DNA of 64,000 nt from an uncultured Actinomycetota bacterium (GCA_963778435.1 CAVZUX010000018.1:57250-121249), one strand, 5' to 3'; counted from the first letter of the stretch, positions 20,563-32,025 are shown. Numbers and translations are program-made. The notes: a model not told the origin generated them from the letters alone.

Positions 20563-22110
20563 TCAGTCCTGCACGCGCACGACCTCGTCCGGCGCAGCGT
20601 CGGCGGCGCGCTTCCGGATCGCTGCTGCGGGGCGCGGGGTCGCCGGCATCCAGGCGAGTACCACTACCGCGCCGAACACGGCTACCGCGACCGCGGCCGC
20701 TAGCGTGATATGCATAGCGCTGACGAACGCCGCGCGAGCCGGAGCCGCCAGTTGGGCGCCTGCTGCGCCGAGATGCTGGGCGACGGCCATGGTCGCGCCG
20801 ATCGACTCGGTGGCGGAGGTCCGTAGCGCGGGCGAGAGGAACTCCAGGTGCGGGCTCATCTGGGCCCGGTAGCCGGCCGTGAGAATGGAACTGAGCACGG
20901 CCACGCCGAGCGCTTCCGCGATCTGCCTGGCAGTGCTGTTGATACCCGAGCCGGAGCCCGCCTGTTCCCTGGGCAACGCGGCCATCAGGCACTCGTTGGC
21001 CGGGGGCAAGATGTGCACGAGCCCGGCGCCAAGCACGAAGAAGATCACGCCAAGGACCCAGACACGGGGTGGCGGCTCCCATCAGCTCGTATCCGCCGTA
21101 GGCTGCTGCGACCAGCAGCAACCCGGCTGTGAGGACGTTCTTCGCGCCGAACTTGGCGACCATGAGGGCGCTGCGCGGCGCGAAGATCAGCTGCCCGGCG
21201 GCGAACGGCAGCATGAGCAGGCCAGCTCGCAAACGGCGAGTAGTTACGTACGTTCTGCAGGTAAAAGCTGGTCACGAACAGCACACCGGACAGCGAGAAG
21301 AACACCAAGACCATGGCCGCCACAGCGCAGCAGAGCCTTGGGTCACGGAACAGCCGGACATTCAGCGCTGGATTCTTGATCCGCGATTCATGCCAGGTGA
21401 ACAGTGCCAGCAGGACCAGTCCGGCGGTCAGCGGCGCGAGGGCACCGAGGCTGGCCCAGTGCCCGGTGCCGCCACCCTGGATGACACCGTAGGAGAGCGA
21501 TACCAGGCCGGCGATGGACAGCAGGACGCCGGAAACGTCGAGCTTGCCGGAGCGCGGGTTGCGCGATTCGGGCACGAACCGGATGACACCGGCCAGGCCG
21601 GCGGTAACAATCGGGACATTGATCAGGAAGACCGAGCCCCACCAGAAACGGCTCAGCAGCAGGCCGCCGGTGACCGGCCCGATGGCGACGGCAAGGCCAA
21701 CCGCCGCGCCCCAGATCGCGATTGCCCGCGGCCTCTCTTCTGGCTCGAAGACGTTCGTGATGATCGACAGGGTCTGCGGCATGATCATTGCGCCGCCGAG
21801 GCCCATCGCGGCGCGGGCGGCGATGAGCTGATCCGGTGACCGTGCGTAGGCGCACAGCAGTGAGGCTGTCGCGAACCATGCCAGCCCGGCCGCCAGGACG
21901 CGCTTTCGCCCCAGCTTGTCGCCGATCACGCCGGCGGTGAGCAACAGCCCGGCGAACACCAGGGTGTAGGAGTTGACCGCCCATTCCAGCTGGGTCTGGC
22001 TGGCACCGAGGCCGGCCCGCGGCTCGGCCAGGGTCCTGAGCGCCACGTTGAGGACGGTGCTATCGAGGACGATCACCAGCAGGCAGACGATCATCACGGC
22101 GAGGACGTGG
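20563..22110 (-). pseudogene. MFS transporter DHA2 family, 5' truncated and frameshifted
   Basis: VIVLDSTVLNVAL, WAVNSYTLVFAGLLL, GDKLGRKR, WWGSVFLINVP. No start region; two frame changes. Confidence 0.75.
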
Positions 22111-22643
22111 ACGATCTTGTCGAAGCACTGGCGCTGTTGCGCGACCGCCGGGCACAAGTGCCGCACGCTCTGCTGGCCGCGGTGACCGACCAACCGGGGC
22201 TAACCGCCTACCAGCGCCATCTCGCGTCCCGTATCAAGTCCCTTGACTTGGACGCGACCCTGGTAACCGGCTTCGACCCGGCGATCCGCACGCTGCTCGT
22301 CCACCCCGCGCTGCGGGCGGTTGTCATCCCGTCTCGCGCAGAGCCGTTCGGGCGCGTTCCCTTGGAAGCCTATGCAGCAGGCGCCGCCCCGGTGGTCGTG
22401 ACCACCGCCGGCGGCCTTGCCGAGCAGGTCATCGATGGCGTCACCGGGATGGCCGCGTCGCCCGCCGACCCGGCAAGCCTGGCCGATGCTATCGACCGGG
22501 CGCTGCGGCTGACCCCCGCCGAACTCGACCGGATGCGTTCCGCTGGCCGGCACCTGGCCCGCACCAGGTTCGACTGCAGCATCGCCCTCCGCCGCTTCCT
22601 GGGCCAGTTCGCGCCATCGATCGCTACGCCGCTAGCCGGGTAG
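22107..22643 (+). pseudogene. Glycosyltransferase family 4, C-terminal fragment
   Basis: PSRAEPFGRVPLEAYAAG..GGLAEQVIDGVTG. The N-terminal domain is missing. Confidence 0.7.
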
Positions 22644-22719
22644 TTCGCAGGAACCTGGAAGCCGGCGTGCGCTTCCAGCAAGATACTTCTGGCGATGGCC
22701 GGGTGAGCTGTCGCTGAAC

Positions 22720-22782
22720 CGCGAAGCCACGCGTGCGTTCAGAAAATCAGAAGCATCAGCCGAACGCACGCGTGCCTTCGCG
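22720..22782. repeat. Palindromic element, variant of the 10235 element
   Basis: GCGAAG-C-CACGCGTGCGTTC ... GAACGCACGCGTG-C-CTTCGC. Confidence 0.8.
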
Positions 22783-22830
22783 CCACCGGCCGGGGCTGCG
22801 CGCCGGGCGAGGCGCGGACCCGCACGACTC

Positions 22831-22876
22831 AGCGCTGAAGGTTTAGCCGGTGATGGGCGGCTAAACCTTCAGCGCT
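22831..22876. repeat. Perfect 19-bp inverted repeat AGCGCTGAAGGTTTAGCCG with an 8-nt loop
   Basis: Arms at 22831-22849 and 22858-22876. Confidence 0.85.
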
Positions 22877-22924
22877 AGCCTCTTTACTGCTTCACGCCAG
22901 TGCCGACGCCTACGGAGGTCTCAG

Positions 22925-24124
22925 ATGTACGGGACGGTGCGAGATGAACTACGGCAGACGCTTTCCGAGATCCGCGACTCTGGGCTGTACAAGCATGAAC
23001 GGGAGCTAGCCTCACCGCAGGCGGCGCACGTCATCTCCGGCGGGCAGCGCGTACTGAACTTCTGCGCCAACAACTACCTCGGCCTAGCCGATCACCCCTC
23101 GCTGATCGACGCGGGGAAGAAGGCGCTGGACGACTGGGGTTTCGGCCTGGCCAGCGTGCGGTTCATCTGCGGCACGCAGACCCAGCACACCGAGCTGGAG
23201 CGGCGGCTGTCGGCGTTCCTGCGCACCGACGCGACCATCTTGTACTCGTCCTGCTTCGACGCCAACGGCGGCACCTTCGAGACGCTGCTCGACGAACGGG
23301 ACGCGGTGATCTCCGACGAGCTCAACCACGCGTCGATCATCGACGGCATCCGGCTCTGCAAGGCGGCGCGCCACCGGTACCGCAACCGCGACATGGCCGA
23401 CCTGGAGACGCAGCTCAAGGCGGCCTCCGGTGCGCGGCGGCGGCTTGTCGTCACCGACGGCGTGTTCTCCATGGACGGCTACCTGGCGCCGCTGGACGAG
23501 ATCTGCGCGCTGGCCGAGCGCTACGGCGCGCTGGTGATGGTCGACGACTCCCACGCGGTGGGGTTCGTCGGCCCGAACGGCGCGGGCACGCCGGAGGAGT
23601 TCGGCGTCCAGGACCGGGTGGACATCGTCACAGGCACCCTGGGCAAGGCGCTCGGCGGCGCGTCCGGCGGGTACGTCAGCGGCCGGGCCGAGATCGTCGA
23701 GCTGCTGCGGCAACGGTCGCGGCCGTACCTGTTTTCCAACGCCCTCGCGCCGAGCGTGGTGGCGGGGTCGCTGGTGGCGCTGGACCTGGTGGCCGGTAGC
23801 GATGAGCAGCGCGAGCTGCTGCGCCGTAATACCGGGCTGTTCCGCGGTCGCATGGCACAGGAGGGCTTCGATGTTCTGCCTGGTGAGCACCCGATCTGCC
23901 CGGTGATGTTCGGCGACGCGGCACTCGCGGCGAGCATTGCCGACCAGATGCTCGGCCACGGTGTGTACGTGATCGCCTTCTCCTACCCGGTGGTGCCCAT
24001 GGGCAAGGCCCGGATCCGGGTGCAGCTGTCCGCCTCGCACACGACCGACGACGTGGAGACCTGCGTACGCGCCTTCGCCGCCGCCCGCGCCGCCGTCGCC
24101 GAGCGGCTACCAGGCAAAGGCTGA
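22925..24124 (+). CDS. kbl: Glycine C-acetyltransferase (2-amino-3-ketobutyrate CoA ligase)
   Basis: [41 protein letters not shown] (PLP Lys), [12 protein letters not shown]. Confidence 0.95.
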   Translation: MYGTVRDELRQTLSEIRDSGLYKHERELASPQAAHVISGGQRVLNFCANNYLGLADHPSLIDAGKKALDDWGFGLASVRFICGTQTQHTELERRLSAFLRTDATILYSSCFDANGGTFETLLDERDAVISDELNHASIIDGIRLCKAARHRYRNRDMADLETQLKAASGARRRLVVTDGVFSMDGYLAPLDEICALAERYGALVMVDDSHAVGFVGPNGAGTPEEFGVQDRVDIVTGTLGKALGGASGGYVSGRAEIVELLRQRSRPYLFSNALAPSVVAGSLVALDLVAGSDEQRELLRRNTGLFRGRMAQEGFDVLPGEHPICPVMFGDAALAASIADQMLGHGVYVIAFSYPVVPMGKARIRVQLSASHTTDDVETCVRAFAAARAAVAERLPGKG

Positions 24125-24165
24125 GGCCAGCGGGACAACGACGCCGTGGGAGACCATGTCGGACC

Positions 24166-25704
24166 CTAGGACCGAGGCGGAGCGAGCGTCCCGTGCACAA
24201 CCTGGCCGCCGACCATCGTCGCGACCGGCCTGATGTCCCTGATCTCGTCGACCGGCACCGTCAGGTAGTCACGGTCGAGCACCAGCAGGTCCGCGAGCAG
24301 CCCCGGACGGATGGAGCCCAGGTGGCTCTCGCGGAACATCAGGAACGCATTGCTCCGTGTGTGAGCGATCAGCGCCTCCTCGCGGCTGAGCGTCTCATCC
24401 AGGATCTGCGATCCGCCCATCGACTGGCCGGTCACCGCCCACCACAAGGTGACGAACGGGTTGATCTGGGCCGCGCGTGTCCCGTCGGTACCCAGTCCCC
24501 AGCTCAGCCCGCTGTCAGCGACCATGCGCAGCGGCACCGGCGCGATCTTGTTGGCACGGATGACGCCCATGCTGCGCAACTGCACGACGACTCCGAGCCG
24601 CCTCGCTCGCTCGATCTGCACCGGGGTGAGCCCCTCGGCGTGGGTGACCGTCCAGCGCAGCGGCCGGATCGGGCGCACCCGGTCGGCCCGCTCGTAGGCG
24701 TCGAAGACCAAGTCGAGGCCGGCCGTCGTCACCGAGTGCGTCTGCACCGGCCAGCCGGACGAAGCCGCCGCGGCGAGGATCTCGTCGGCACCCGCGATGT
24801 CCGCCTCCGTCGGGGACGGCTCGATGCCGGGGTGATCCCAGTGGAAGGCCGCGTAGTAGATCTCCCCCAGTGCGATCCGGTCGTGCCAGTGATCGCCCTC
24901 GAAGGGCCGGGAGGCCCGAAGCCGCTCCGCCATCACCGCGGCGTGCCCGGGACCGCGACCGCTCGCACCGTCCCCCAGGGTGGTGAGGACCCGCAGCGTC
25001 AGTTCCCCGCGCTCGGCAAGAGCCGCGATCGTGGTGTAGGCCTCCGCGGGAACTCCAACGCCGCCGGGGTCGAACACGGTAGTCAGCCCGACGCTGTTGT
25101 ACCAGGACGCGGCGGCCTTGGCGGTCGCCTCCCGGTCCGCCGGCACGGGGAAGGCTCCTACCGCCTGGTTGAGCGCGACGATCCCGCCGCCAATTCGCCC
25201 GGTAGCCCGGGTCTCGGCCTCGGCCGGCAGGCCCATTGCGTCAAGCCAGGCGGTGTTGACAACGGCATGGTCATACTCTGCCATGACGAACGCGGGCCGC
25301 CTTCCGGCGACGGCGTCGAGTTCCGCCACGGTGAATTCGCTGCGGTCACCGACCCACTGCTCCTCGTGCCAGCCCCCGAGAGCCACCAGCCACCGCCCTG
25401 GCGGCAGCGACGACACACCGCTTCGGAGCGCCTCGAGGGCCTGCGCCCGGCTGCGCACGCCTTCAAGCCGAACCTCGGCATGTTCGCTCGCCCGGACGAA
25501 GTGGTTGTGATTATCGATCAGACCGGGGATGACGGTCTTGCCGTCAAGGTCCACCACCGTGACCCCTGGCCCCGCACAAGCGAGAACGTCTGCATTCGAC
25601 CCGGTCGCGGTGATCCGTTCCCCGTCGATGGCCACCGCCTCGACGATCGAGAACCGCTCGTCAACTGTGACGATTTTCCCATTAATCAGGACAAAAGGCG
25701 CCAT
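24166..25704 (-). CDS. Amidohydrolase (Amidohydro_3/YtcJ-like)
   Basis: DLDGKTVIPGLIDNHNH, GSIRPGLLADLLVLDRD, TMVGGQVV. Confidence 0.85.
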   Translation of the reverse strand: MAPFVLINGKIVTVDERFSIVEAVAIDGERITATGSNADVLACAGPGVTVVDLDGKTVIPGLIDNHNHFVRASEHAEVRLEGVRSRAQALEALRSGVSSLPPGRWLVALGGWHEEQWVGDRSEFTVAELDAVAGRRPAFVMAEYDHAVVNTAWLDAMGLPAEAETRATGRIGGGIVALNQAVGAFPVPADREATAKAAASWYNSVGLTTVFDPGGVGVPAEAYTTIAALAERGELTLRVLTTLGDGASGRGPGHAAVMAERLRASRPFEGDHWHDRIALGEIYYAAFHWDHPGIEPSPTEADIAGADEILAAAASSGWPVQTHSVTTAGLDLVFDAYERADRVRPIRPLRWTVTHAEGLTPVQIERARRLGVVVQLRSMGVIRANKIAPVPLRMVADSGLSWGLGTDGTRAAQINPFVTLWWAVTGQSMGGSQILDETLSREEALIAHTRSNAFLMFRESHLGSIRPGLLADLLVLDRDYLTVPVDEIRDIRPVATMVGGQVVHGTLAPPRS

Positions 25705-25804
25705 GTGGACATTCTTACAGGCACAGCCAGTACTTTGGCACCGTTTGGGCGGTGCCAGCTGCTGGCGATAGGCACCCCGGCCGCCCGGACGAGGCGCCGG
25801 AGGT

Positions 25805-25863
25805 CGTCTCCTCCGCTGTCGGTGGTCATGGTGTCGGGACCGGGGGAAACCACGGTCCGTTCC
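25805..25863. repeat. Direct repeat copy A flanking the FAD oxidase; contains CCACGGTCCGTTC
   Basis: Aligns with 27609-27665: CGGTGGTCATGRTGTCGGG..CGGG...AACCACGGTCCGTTCC. Confidence 0.75.
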
Positions 25864-25945
25864 ATATCTTGAACTTCTTCAACTGCCTGGGCAATCGCCG
25901 ATCTCCGCCCCGGCCTGTACGGTGGACATCGGGGCGGGGGTGGCT

Positions 25946-27517
25946 TTAAGCGAGGCCTGACCGGGACTCGCCGGACCGGCGTTATGGCCTGGGGGAAGGT
26001 GAACAGGCCGGCCGGGTCGTACTTCTGCTTGATGGCCGCGAGGCGGGGGTAGTTGCGGCCGTAGTAGGCCTGCCGCCAGTTGGCCAGGTCCGGGTCGACG
26101 TAGTTCTGGTAGGCCTGGCCGCTTGCGTAGCTGCGCATCGATGACCAGTACGTGCGCAGCCAGGCGTGCTGGTTTCTGATCCCCGCGGCTGTCGCGCCGG
26201 TGTACCAGTCGGTGGTGTACTGCGCCATGAACAGCGCGTTCCTGTGCACGAACGCGGTCGCGCCCGGCCTGACCCGGTTGACCGCGCCGCCGAACGAGTC
26301 GAGCTGCACTCCCCCGATACCGTCGCCTGCGCCTGCCACGCTCTGCAGTGCCGCGACGCCGGCCATCAGGGCGCCGATTCCGGCGCCGCTCAGCGGGGCG
26401 GTGAAGAAGTCGGACTTGGAGAACTGCGCCTGCCGACCCAGCATGCCGCCGCTCGCGTACCAGGGCAGGTGGCAGGCCTGGTAGCCGATCGTGGAGCAGC
26501 CCGCCTCGGCGAGCATCGCGCTCAGGAAGGGCTGCGGGTCGCTGAGGGAGGAGCTTGACGGCGGCGAGCCCACCGCGGCGTACAACTGGTCGAGGAGGTT
26601 TGCCGCGTCGCCTGCGCTGCCCAGGTAGGCGCCGCTGAGCTGAACCGTGGGGGCAAGGCCGCCGACGGTCGCCAGCAGGACCAGCTTCGACCACAGCTCG
26701 TCCGGCGCGTTCGGCGCCCACGACTGCCACGCGCCGACCACCTGCGCCGCCTGCGACCACGGCCAGTGCGCGGAGAAGAGCACCGGCTCCGGGCCGGCCT
26801 GGTGCGGAACGTCAACGAGGTGACCACGCCGAAGTTCCCGCCGCCACCGCCCTGGCAGGCCCAGAACAGGTCGCCGTGGTGGCATGGGTCGGCGGCAGCG
26901 GTCAGCAACGCCCCGTTCGCCGTGACGATCTGCAAGCACTCCAGATTGTCGCAGGTCAGGCCGTAGGCCCTGGCAGTCACCCCGACGCCGCCGCCCAGGG
27001 TCAGCCCGGCGATGCCCACCGTGGGGCAGACACTGCCAGGGACCGCGCGGCCCTGGGCCGCGAGGCCCTGATAGAAGTCGACGAGCCGGGTGCCCGCGCC
27101 GACCGTCGCGGTCGTCCCGCACACGGTGACCGCGGCGAGGTCGCTGACGTCGATGATCAGCCCGCTCGACCCCGACCAGCCGGCGTAGCTGTGGCCGCCG
27201 GAACGGGCGGCGAACGGGACGCCGAACTTGCGGGCGAACGCCAGGCACGTCGACACGTCGGCCGCATCATTCACGTAGGCGATCGCGGCCGGCTGCAGCA
27301 CGTCGAACCGGGGATCGAACAGCAGCTTGGCGGTCGGGTAACTGGAGTCACCGGGCCTGACCAGCGGGCCTGCCAGGTCCTTGGCGAGCGCGGTCCAGTC
27401 CGCCGCGGTCGGGCCGGGCGCGGCGCTCGCGATGCCCGGCACGGCGACGGCGGCGACGCCAGCGGCGATGCCGAGGAGGGCACGGCGCCCCAGAGAACTC
27501 CCTGTCGAGTTGGTCAC
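25946..27517 (-). CDS. Secreted FAD-binding oxidase with BBE domain (Tat signal; frameshift at ~26780; 3' end approximate)
   Basis: GRRALL Tat signal, ARSGGHSYAG (covalent FAD His), DLFWACQGGGGGNFGVVT, YQNYVDP..YYGRNYPRLAAIKQKYDP. Confidence 0.85.
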
Positions 27518-27608
27518 ACAAGTATCGACGCGCTCAGCGCCAGCAAAGGTTGCCTAACGTTGTCATGAGCAGCGGCCAGTGCCAGTCCATGGGAGTGGGT
27601 GCCTGGAC

Positions 27609-27665
27609 CGTCTCCCGGTGCCGGTGGTCATGATGTCGGGGTCGGGTAGAACCACGGTCCGTTCC
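27609..27665. repeat. Direct repeat copy B flanking the FAD oxidase
   Basis: See 25805-25863. Confidence 0.75.
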
Positions 27666-27879
27666 GCACCAGGGCCTTGGTCTTCTATCGGCTGTTGGGA
27701 GACTGCATCCAGCGGCGGGCGGAGAGGATTTGGCCGACAGAACGCCGACATAGCGGGCAGGCTAAGCGTGGCGTGACCCCTCCGGGGACAGGTTTCCGTC
27801 TTCCCGATGCATAAGACAGCCAAGGTTGGCAACTCTAAGTAATCGAATGAATCCTTAGAGTACACGACTGGGGTGAGGC

Positions 27880-28529
27880 ATGGGCACGCAAGGCAAGCAT
27901 CGCGTCCGAAAACCGGCAGTTTGGAGGCGGACCGCCACGCTGGTGACCGCGGGCGTGGCGTCGACAGCGCTGGTGACGATCGCGGCGTACGCCGCGGTCA
28001 TCGAATTCCGCCGGCGTCTCGAGCCGCCATACCGAGCAGGCCGGGCGCGACGCAGACGCCCGGCAGCGCCAGGAAGGCGGCAAACCTGGTAACGGGCCGG
28101 CGGCTGAGCCTGCCCTCGAAGTCCGCTGCCACGCCGCCGGTCCCCGGGTCACTGGTGCTGACCGCCCGTGACTACGGTACGTGCCCGCCTGCCGCCGCGG
28201 CGTGTGTGGACCTGAACAGGCACCTGACCTGGCTGCAATCAGACGGCAAGGTCACCTTCGGCCCAGTGCGCATGGAACCCGGCCCGCCAGGATCAGCGAA
28301 CGCGACGCCGCGCGGCACGTTCACAGTGATATGGAAGGGCGGTCCGAACGTCATCAGCAACAAATACAACGAACCGATGCCGTGGGCGGTGCAGTTCACC
28401 TCGGACGGGAGCGCCTTCCACGCCGGCAGCCTCACGGTCCCCTCGCACGGCTGCGTCCACCTGACCATGGCGAACGCCCACTACTACAACGAGCACCTGG
28501 TCATCGGCGCCGAGGTCGTGGTGTTCTAG
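27880..28529 (+). CDS. L,D-transpeptidase (YkuD) family protein (frameshift near 28010)
   Basis: N-terminal GKHR plus TM. TPRGTF, PMPWAV, FHAGSLTVPSHGCVHL catalytic motif. Confidence 0.85.
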
Positions 28530-28667
28530 CCGCCGCGGCCTGCCCGAGCGGGCTCACGGGGATCCGCCGGTGCAGGTCGCTCAGCCGCTTGAGGGCCGGC
28601 GCGGGTGGTCTTGTCCGAGCGCCGGGCCTGGTGGACATTAGCTGGCTGCCATGCGACAAGATGAGAC

Positions 28668-29605
28668 ATGAGAAGCTGGTGGGTGCCGCCGACGCTGCGG
28701 GGGTACCGAGCGGCGTGGCTGGGGGCCGACGCGCTGGCCGGCCTGACGCTGGTCGCTGTGGCGGTGCCGGGGCAGATGGCCACCGCCCGGCTGGCGGGCC
28801 TGCCGGCGGTAGTCGGGCTTTACGCCTTCGTTGCCGGATCGCTGTTTTACGCCCTGCTCGGCACGAACCGTTACCTGTCGGTCGGAGCGGACTCCACCAT
28901 CGCGCCGGTGCTGGCCACTGGCGTGGCGTCGTTGGCAGTGGCCGGAACCGCCGGCTATGGCGCCGTGATGGCCTTCACTGCCTTGCTGGTCGGCGGCTTG
29001 CTGGTCGCTGTCGGTCTCTGCCGCCTCGGCTGGATCCCGGAGTTCTTGTCCACTCCGGTGATCACCGGAGTCCTGGCCGGGATCGCCGTCGAGATCATTG
29101 TCCGCCAGATCCCGGCCATTCTCGGGGTGACCCCCGGGGGAACCACCACTGTCGACCGAATCCGCGAGGTAGCGGGCCAGCTGAGTCACGTCTGGCATCT
29201 CACCACGGCGTAGCGATCCTCGGTACCGTAAACGGCGGGCTGCCGCACGTCCGCCTGCCGTCGGTCTCCTTTTCGCAGCTCCGCCGCATGGCCGGCTTGG
29301 TACTCACCGTGGCCTTCGTGTGCATCGCGCAGACTGCGGCGACGATCCGGCGGTCGGGCGCCGGGGTGCCTGCCACCAGCACCCTTAACCGGGACCTGAT
29401 CGGCATCGGAGCAGGCAGCGTGGCCGCCGGGCTGATCGGGGCGTTCCCGGTGGACGCCAGCCCGTCCAACACGGCGATCGCGACCGCGTCCGGTACCCGC
29501 TCGCAGTTCGCCAATGCCATCGCCGCGTTCCTCGTTCTGGCCGTGGTGCTGGCGCTCACCGGGCCGCTCGCCGACCTGCCGCAGGCGATGCTGGCAGCCA
29601 TAGGC
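28668..29605 (+). pseudogene. SulP family anion transporter, internally deleted and truncated
   Basis: DALAGLTLVAVAVP, VGLYAF, EFLSTPVITGVLAG, NRDLIGIG. No STAS domain. Confidence 0.75.
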
Positions 29606-29736
29606 GGTCACCGCCCTCCAGCACCACTCCTAAGCCGGTCGCTTGCTGGAGGAGACCGTCGACGAAGGTGCTCCGGCCCGTGCGGTCAGCGGCGTCCCGG
29701 ACCTGGTCAGGCGGGAGGCACGGGAGCGAGGCGGCG

Positions 29737-31132
29737 CTATGCGGGGACTGGTGTATTTCTCAGCAGGAAGGTGAGTCCTTCCGCCATGGTGGGATGAGCG
29801 TAGATCGCGCTGTGCAGGGCCGTATAGGGAATCCGGCCGACCATGGCGGTCTGGACGCCGGCCATGAGTTCGCTGGCTTCGGCGCCGAACGCGGTGAAGC
29901 CGAGGATCTGATCACTGTCGGCGGCGATCAGCATCTTCATGAAGCCGCGCGGTTCGGACAAGGTCCTGGTGCGCAGCACGGCGGCCATCGGCATGGTGAG
30001 CAGCCGGTAGCCGATGCCCCGGCGCTTTGCTTCGGCCTCATTCAGGCCGACCCGTGCCAGCTCGGGATCGGTGTACAGGCAGTACGGCACCAGGCGGCCG
30101 ACGGTGGTGCGGCTGCCTCCACGCAGGTTGTCGTGGACCACACGGAAGTCGTCGAAGGCCGCATGGGTGAACTGAGGGCTGCCCGGCGCAATCGCCCATT
30201 GCCCATACGCCGTCCGCCGTGGTGGCCAAGCGCTCGTCCACCGCGATGTATCCGGTCCTGGTCAGCTCGACGCCGGCCAGTTCCAGCCCGATACCGCCAG
30301 TGTTGGGCGTGCGGCCGATGGCGACCAGCAGGTCGGTCGCGTAGATGACGTGCTCGCCCTCCGGCCCGCCAGCGACGACGCGCAGGTGAGCGCCGGATTC
30401 GCCGTCGACGCTCTGGATCCGCGTCTGCAGGTGAACGGTGATTCCCTCGTCGTTGAACAGCTGCAGTATCGCCGCCGCGACGTCAGCGTCTTCGCCGCTG
30501 GCCAGTTGCTGCCGCCGCTCGACGAGGGTCACCTTGGCGCCGAAGCGGCGCATCGCCTGCGCCAGCTCCAGCCCGACGTAGCCGCCGCCGACGACGATCA
30601 GGTGCTCCGGAAGGCGGTCGAGGTCGAGCAGTTCGACGTGGGTCATCGGGCGGGCGGCGACCAGACCCGGGACGTCAGGCACGGTCGCGTGCGTACCCAG
30701 GTTCAGGAACACCCGCTCGCCGCGGATCCGGCGGCTGCCGCCGTCAGCCAGCGCGACCTCGACGGCGCGCTTCCCGGTAAAGCGCGCCTTGCCCATGATC
30801 AGCTCGGCGCCGCTGGCCCTGTACCGGTCCATATGCAGTCGGCGCAGGCTGTCCACCATCGCCTGCTTCCGGGCCTGCACGCCTTCCATGCTGCTCACCG
30901 CCGATTCCAGCGCGACGCCGAATTCGGCTGCCCGCATCGTGAACGAGCGGACCTTCGCCGACTGGATGATGTTCTTGCTCGGCAGGCAGGCGATATTCGG
31001 ACACGACCCGCCGATCAGCTTCCGCTCCACCACAGCCGTGCGATGGCCCTCGCCCGCCATCGTCCAGGCGAGGTACTTGCCCGCCTCCCCGCTGCCCACC
31101 ACAAGAATGTCGTAGTCCTCGACAGAGGTCAT
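29737..31132 (-). CDS. Class I pyridine nucleotide-disulfide oxidoreductase (RclA/YkgC-like; frameshift at ~30180)
   Basis: GSGEAG, GGSCPNIACLPSK redox disulfide, GGGYVGLE, HPTMAE. Confidence 0.85.
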
Positions 31133-31223
31133 GTGACTGGATCCTTCCTTGCGGCGAGAAGCTGCCCTCGGCGCTCTCCACATCGACGGTGTCAATACTC
31201 GCGCTCGGATTGGCAGGCCGGCA

Positions 31224-31240
31224 TCACACGGTGCGGGTGA
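31224..31240 (-). promoter_or_regulatory. TCACACG-N5-GGTGA motif upstream of the disulfide reductase
   Basis: Same core as 13714 and 16520. Confidence 0.4.
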
Positions 31241-31360
31241 TTAGATGGCCAGCCCCCGCGCGGGGTCGATGAGCCGCTGCGGCTCCGTTGCGGGCGTCGT
31301 ACTCCAACGAGCGTCTCCCTGTGCGTGGACGGCGGGTTCATCCTGCGCTAGCCCCTTGTG

Positions 31361-31396
31361 TAGATCGGGCGTACTATGTTTAGACCGATCGTTCTA
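31361..31396. promoter_or_regulatory. Candidate TetR operators (TAGACCGATCGTTCTA and a related copy) overlapping a TACTAT -10 box
   Basis: Imperfect palindromes just upstream of the TetR start. Confidence 0.5.
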
Positions 31397-31410
31397 GGCG
31401 GCTGGACTGC

Positions 31411-32025
31411 ATGAAAGCTAAGGCATCCGATCAGCGCACGTTCACCGAGTTGGCCCGGCGTGCTCAGATCGCCCAATGCGCGGCGGAGGCTATCGCCGAG
31501 GTGGGCTACGCCGACGCGTCGATGGCCGAGATCGCTCGACGAGTCGGGATCGCTAAGAGCGTCGTTTCCTATCACTTCTCGGACAGAGCGGAGCTCATGG
31601 GCGAGGTGCTCCGCACCGCCTTGGCCACCTACGCGAAGTTCATGGAGCCTCGGATGGCCGTGGCAACGAAAGCGTCCGACAAGCTCCGTGCTTACCTAGT
31701 GGGGACGGCGGACTATGCCGTTGAGCACCGGTGCCTGCACCTGGCCGTCATTGAAATCGCGTTCAAGGGGACCTCGCCCGATGGGCTGCCGCTGGTGGCG
31801 ACGATGCCGCTCCTGGCACCGGAGCCCTCGATTGAGGACATCTTGCGCCAAGGGCAGCGGGATCGGGAGTTCCGGGAAAACTTCGACGCGGAAGTGGTGG
31901 GCGGGGTGGTGCGCTCCGCGATCACCCACGGCATGGTGATGCGGCAACGGGACAACCCCGGCGCTGACCTGAGCGCCTACGCCGAAGAGTTGGCGCGCCT
32001 CTTCGATCTCGGAATCCGGCAGTGA
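31411..32025 (+). CDS. TetR/AcrR family regulator
   Basis: GYADASMAEIARRVGIAKSVVSYHF HTH. Confidence 0.9.
   Translation: MKAKASDQRTFTELARRAQIAQCAAEAIAEVGYADASMAEIARRVGIAKSVVSYHFSDRAELMGEVLRTALATYAKFMEPRMAVATKASDKLRAYLVGTADYAVEHRCLHLAVIEIAFKGTSPDGLPLVATMPLLAPEPSIEDILRQGQRDREFRENFDAEVVGGVVRSAITHGMVMRQRDNPGADLSAYAEELARLFDLGIRQ

Noticed and set aside
22650..22924. A glycine riboswitch upstream of kbl
   Set aside because: No recognisable glycine aptamer consensus; only simple palindromes.
29737..31132. Mercuric reductase merA
   Set aside because: Lacks the C-terminal Cys-Cys pair and any mer operon context.
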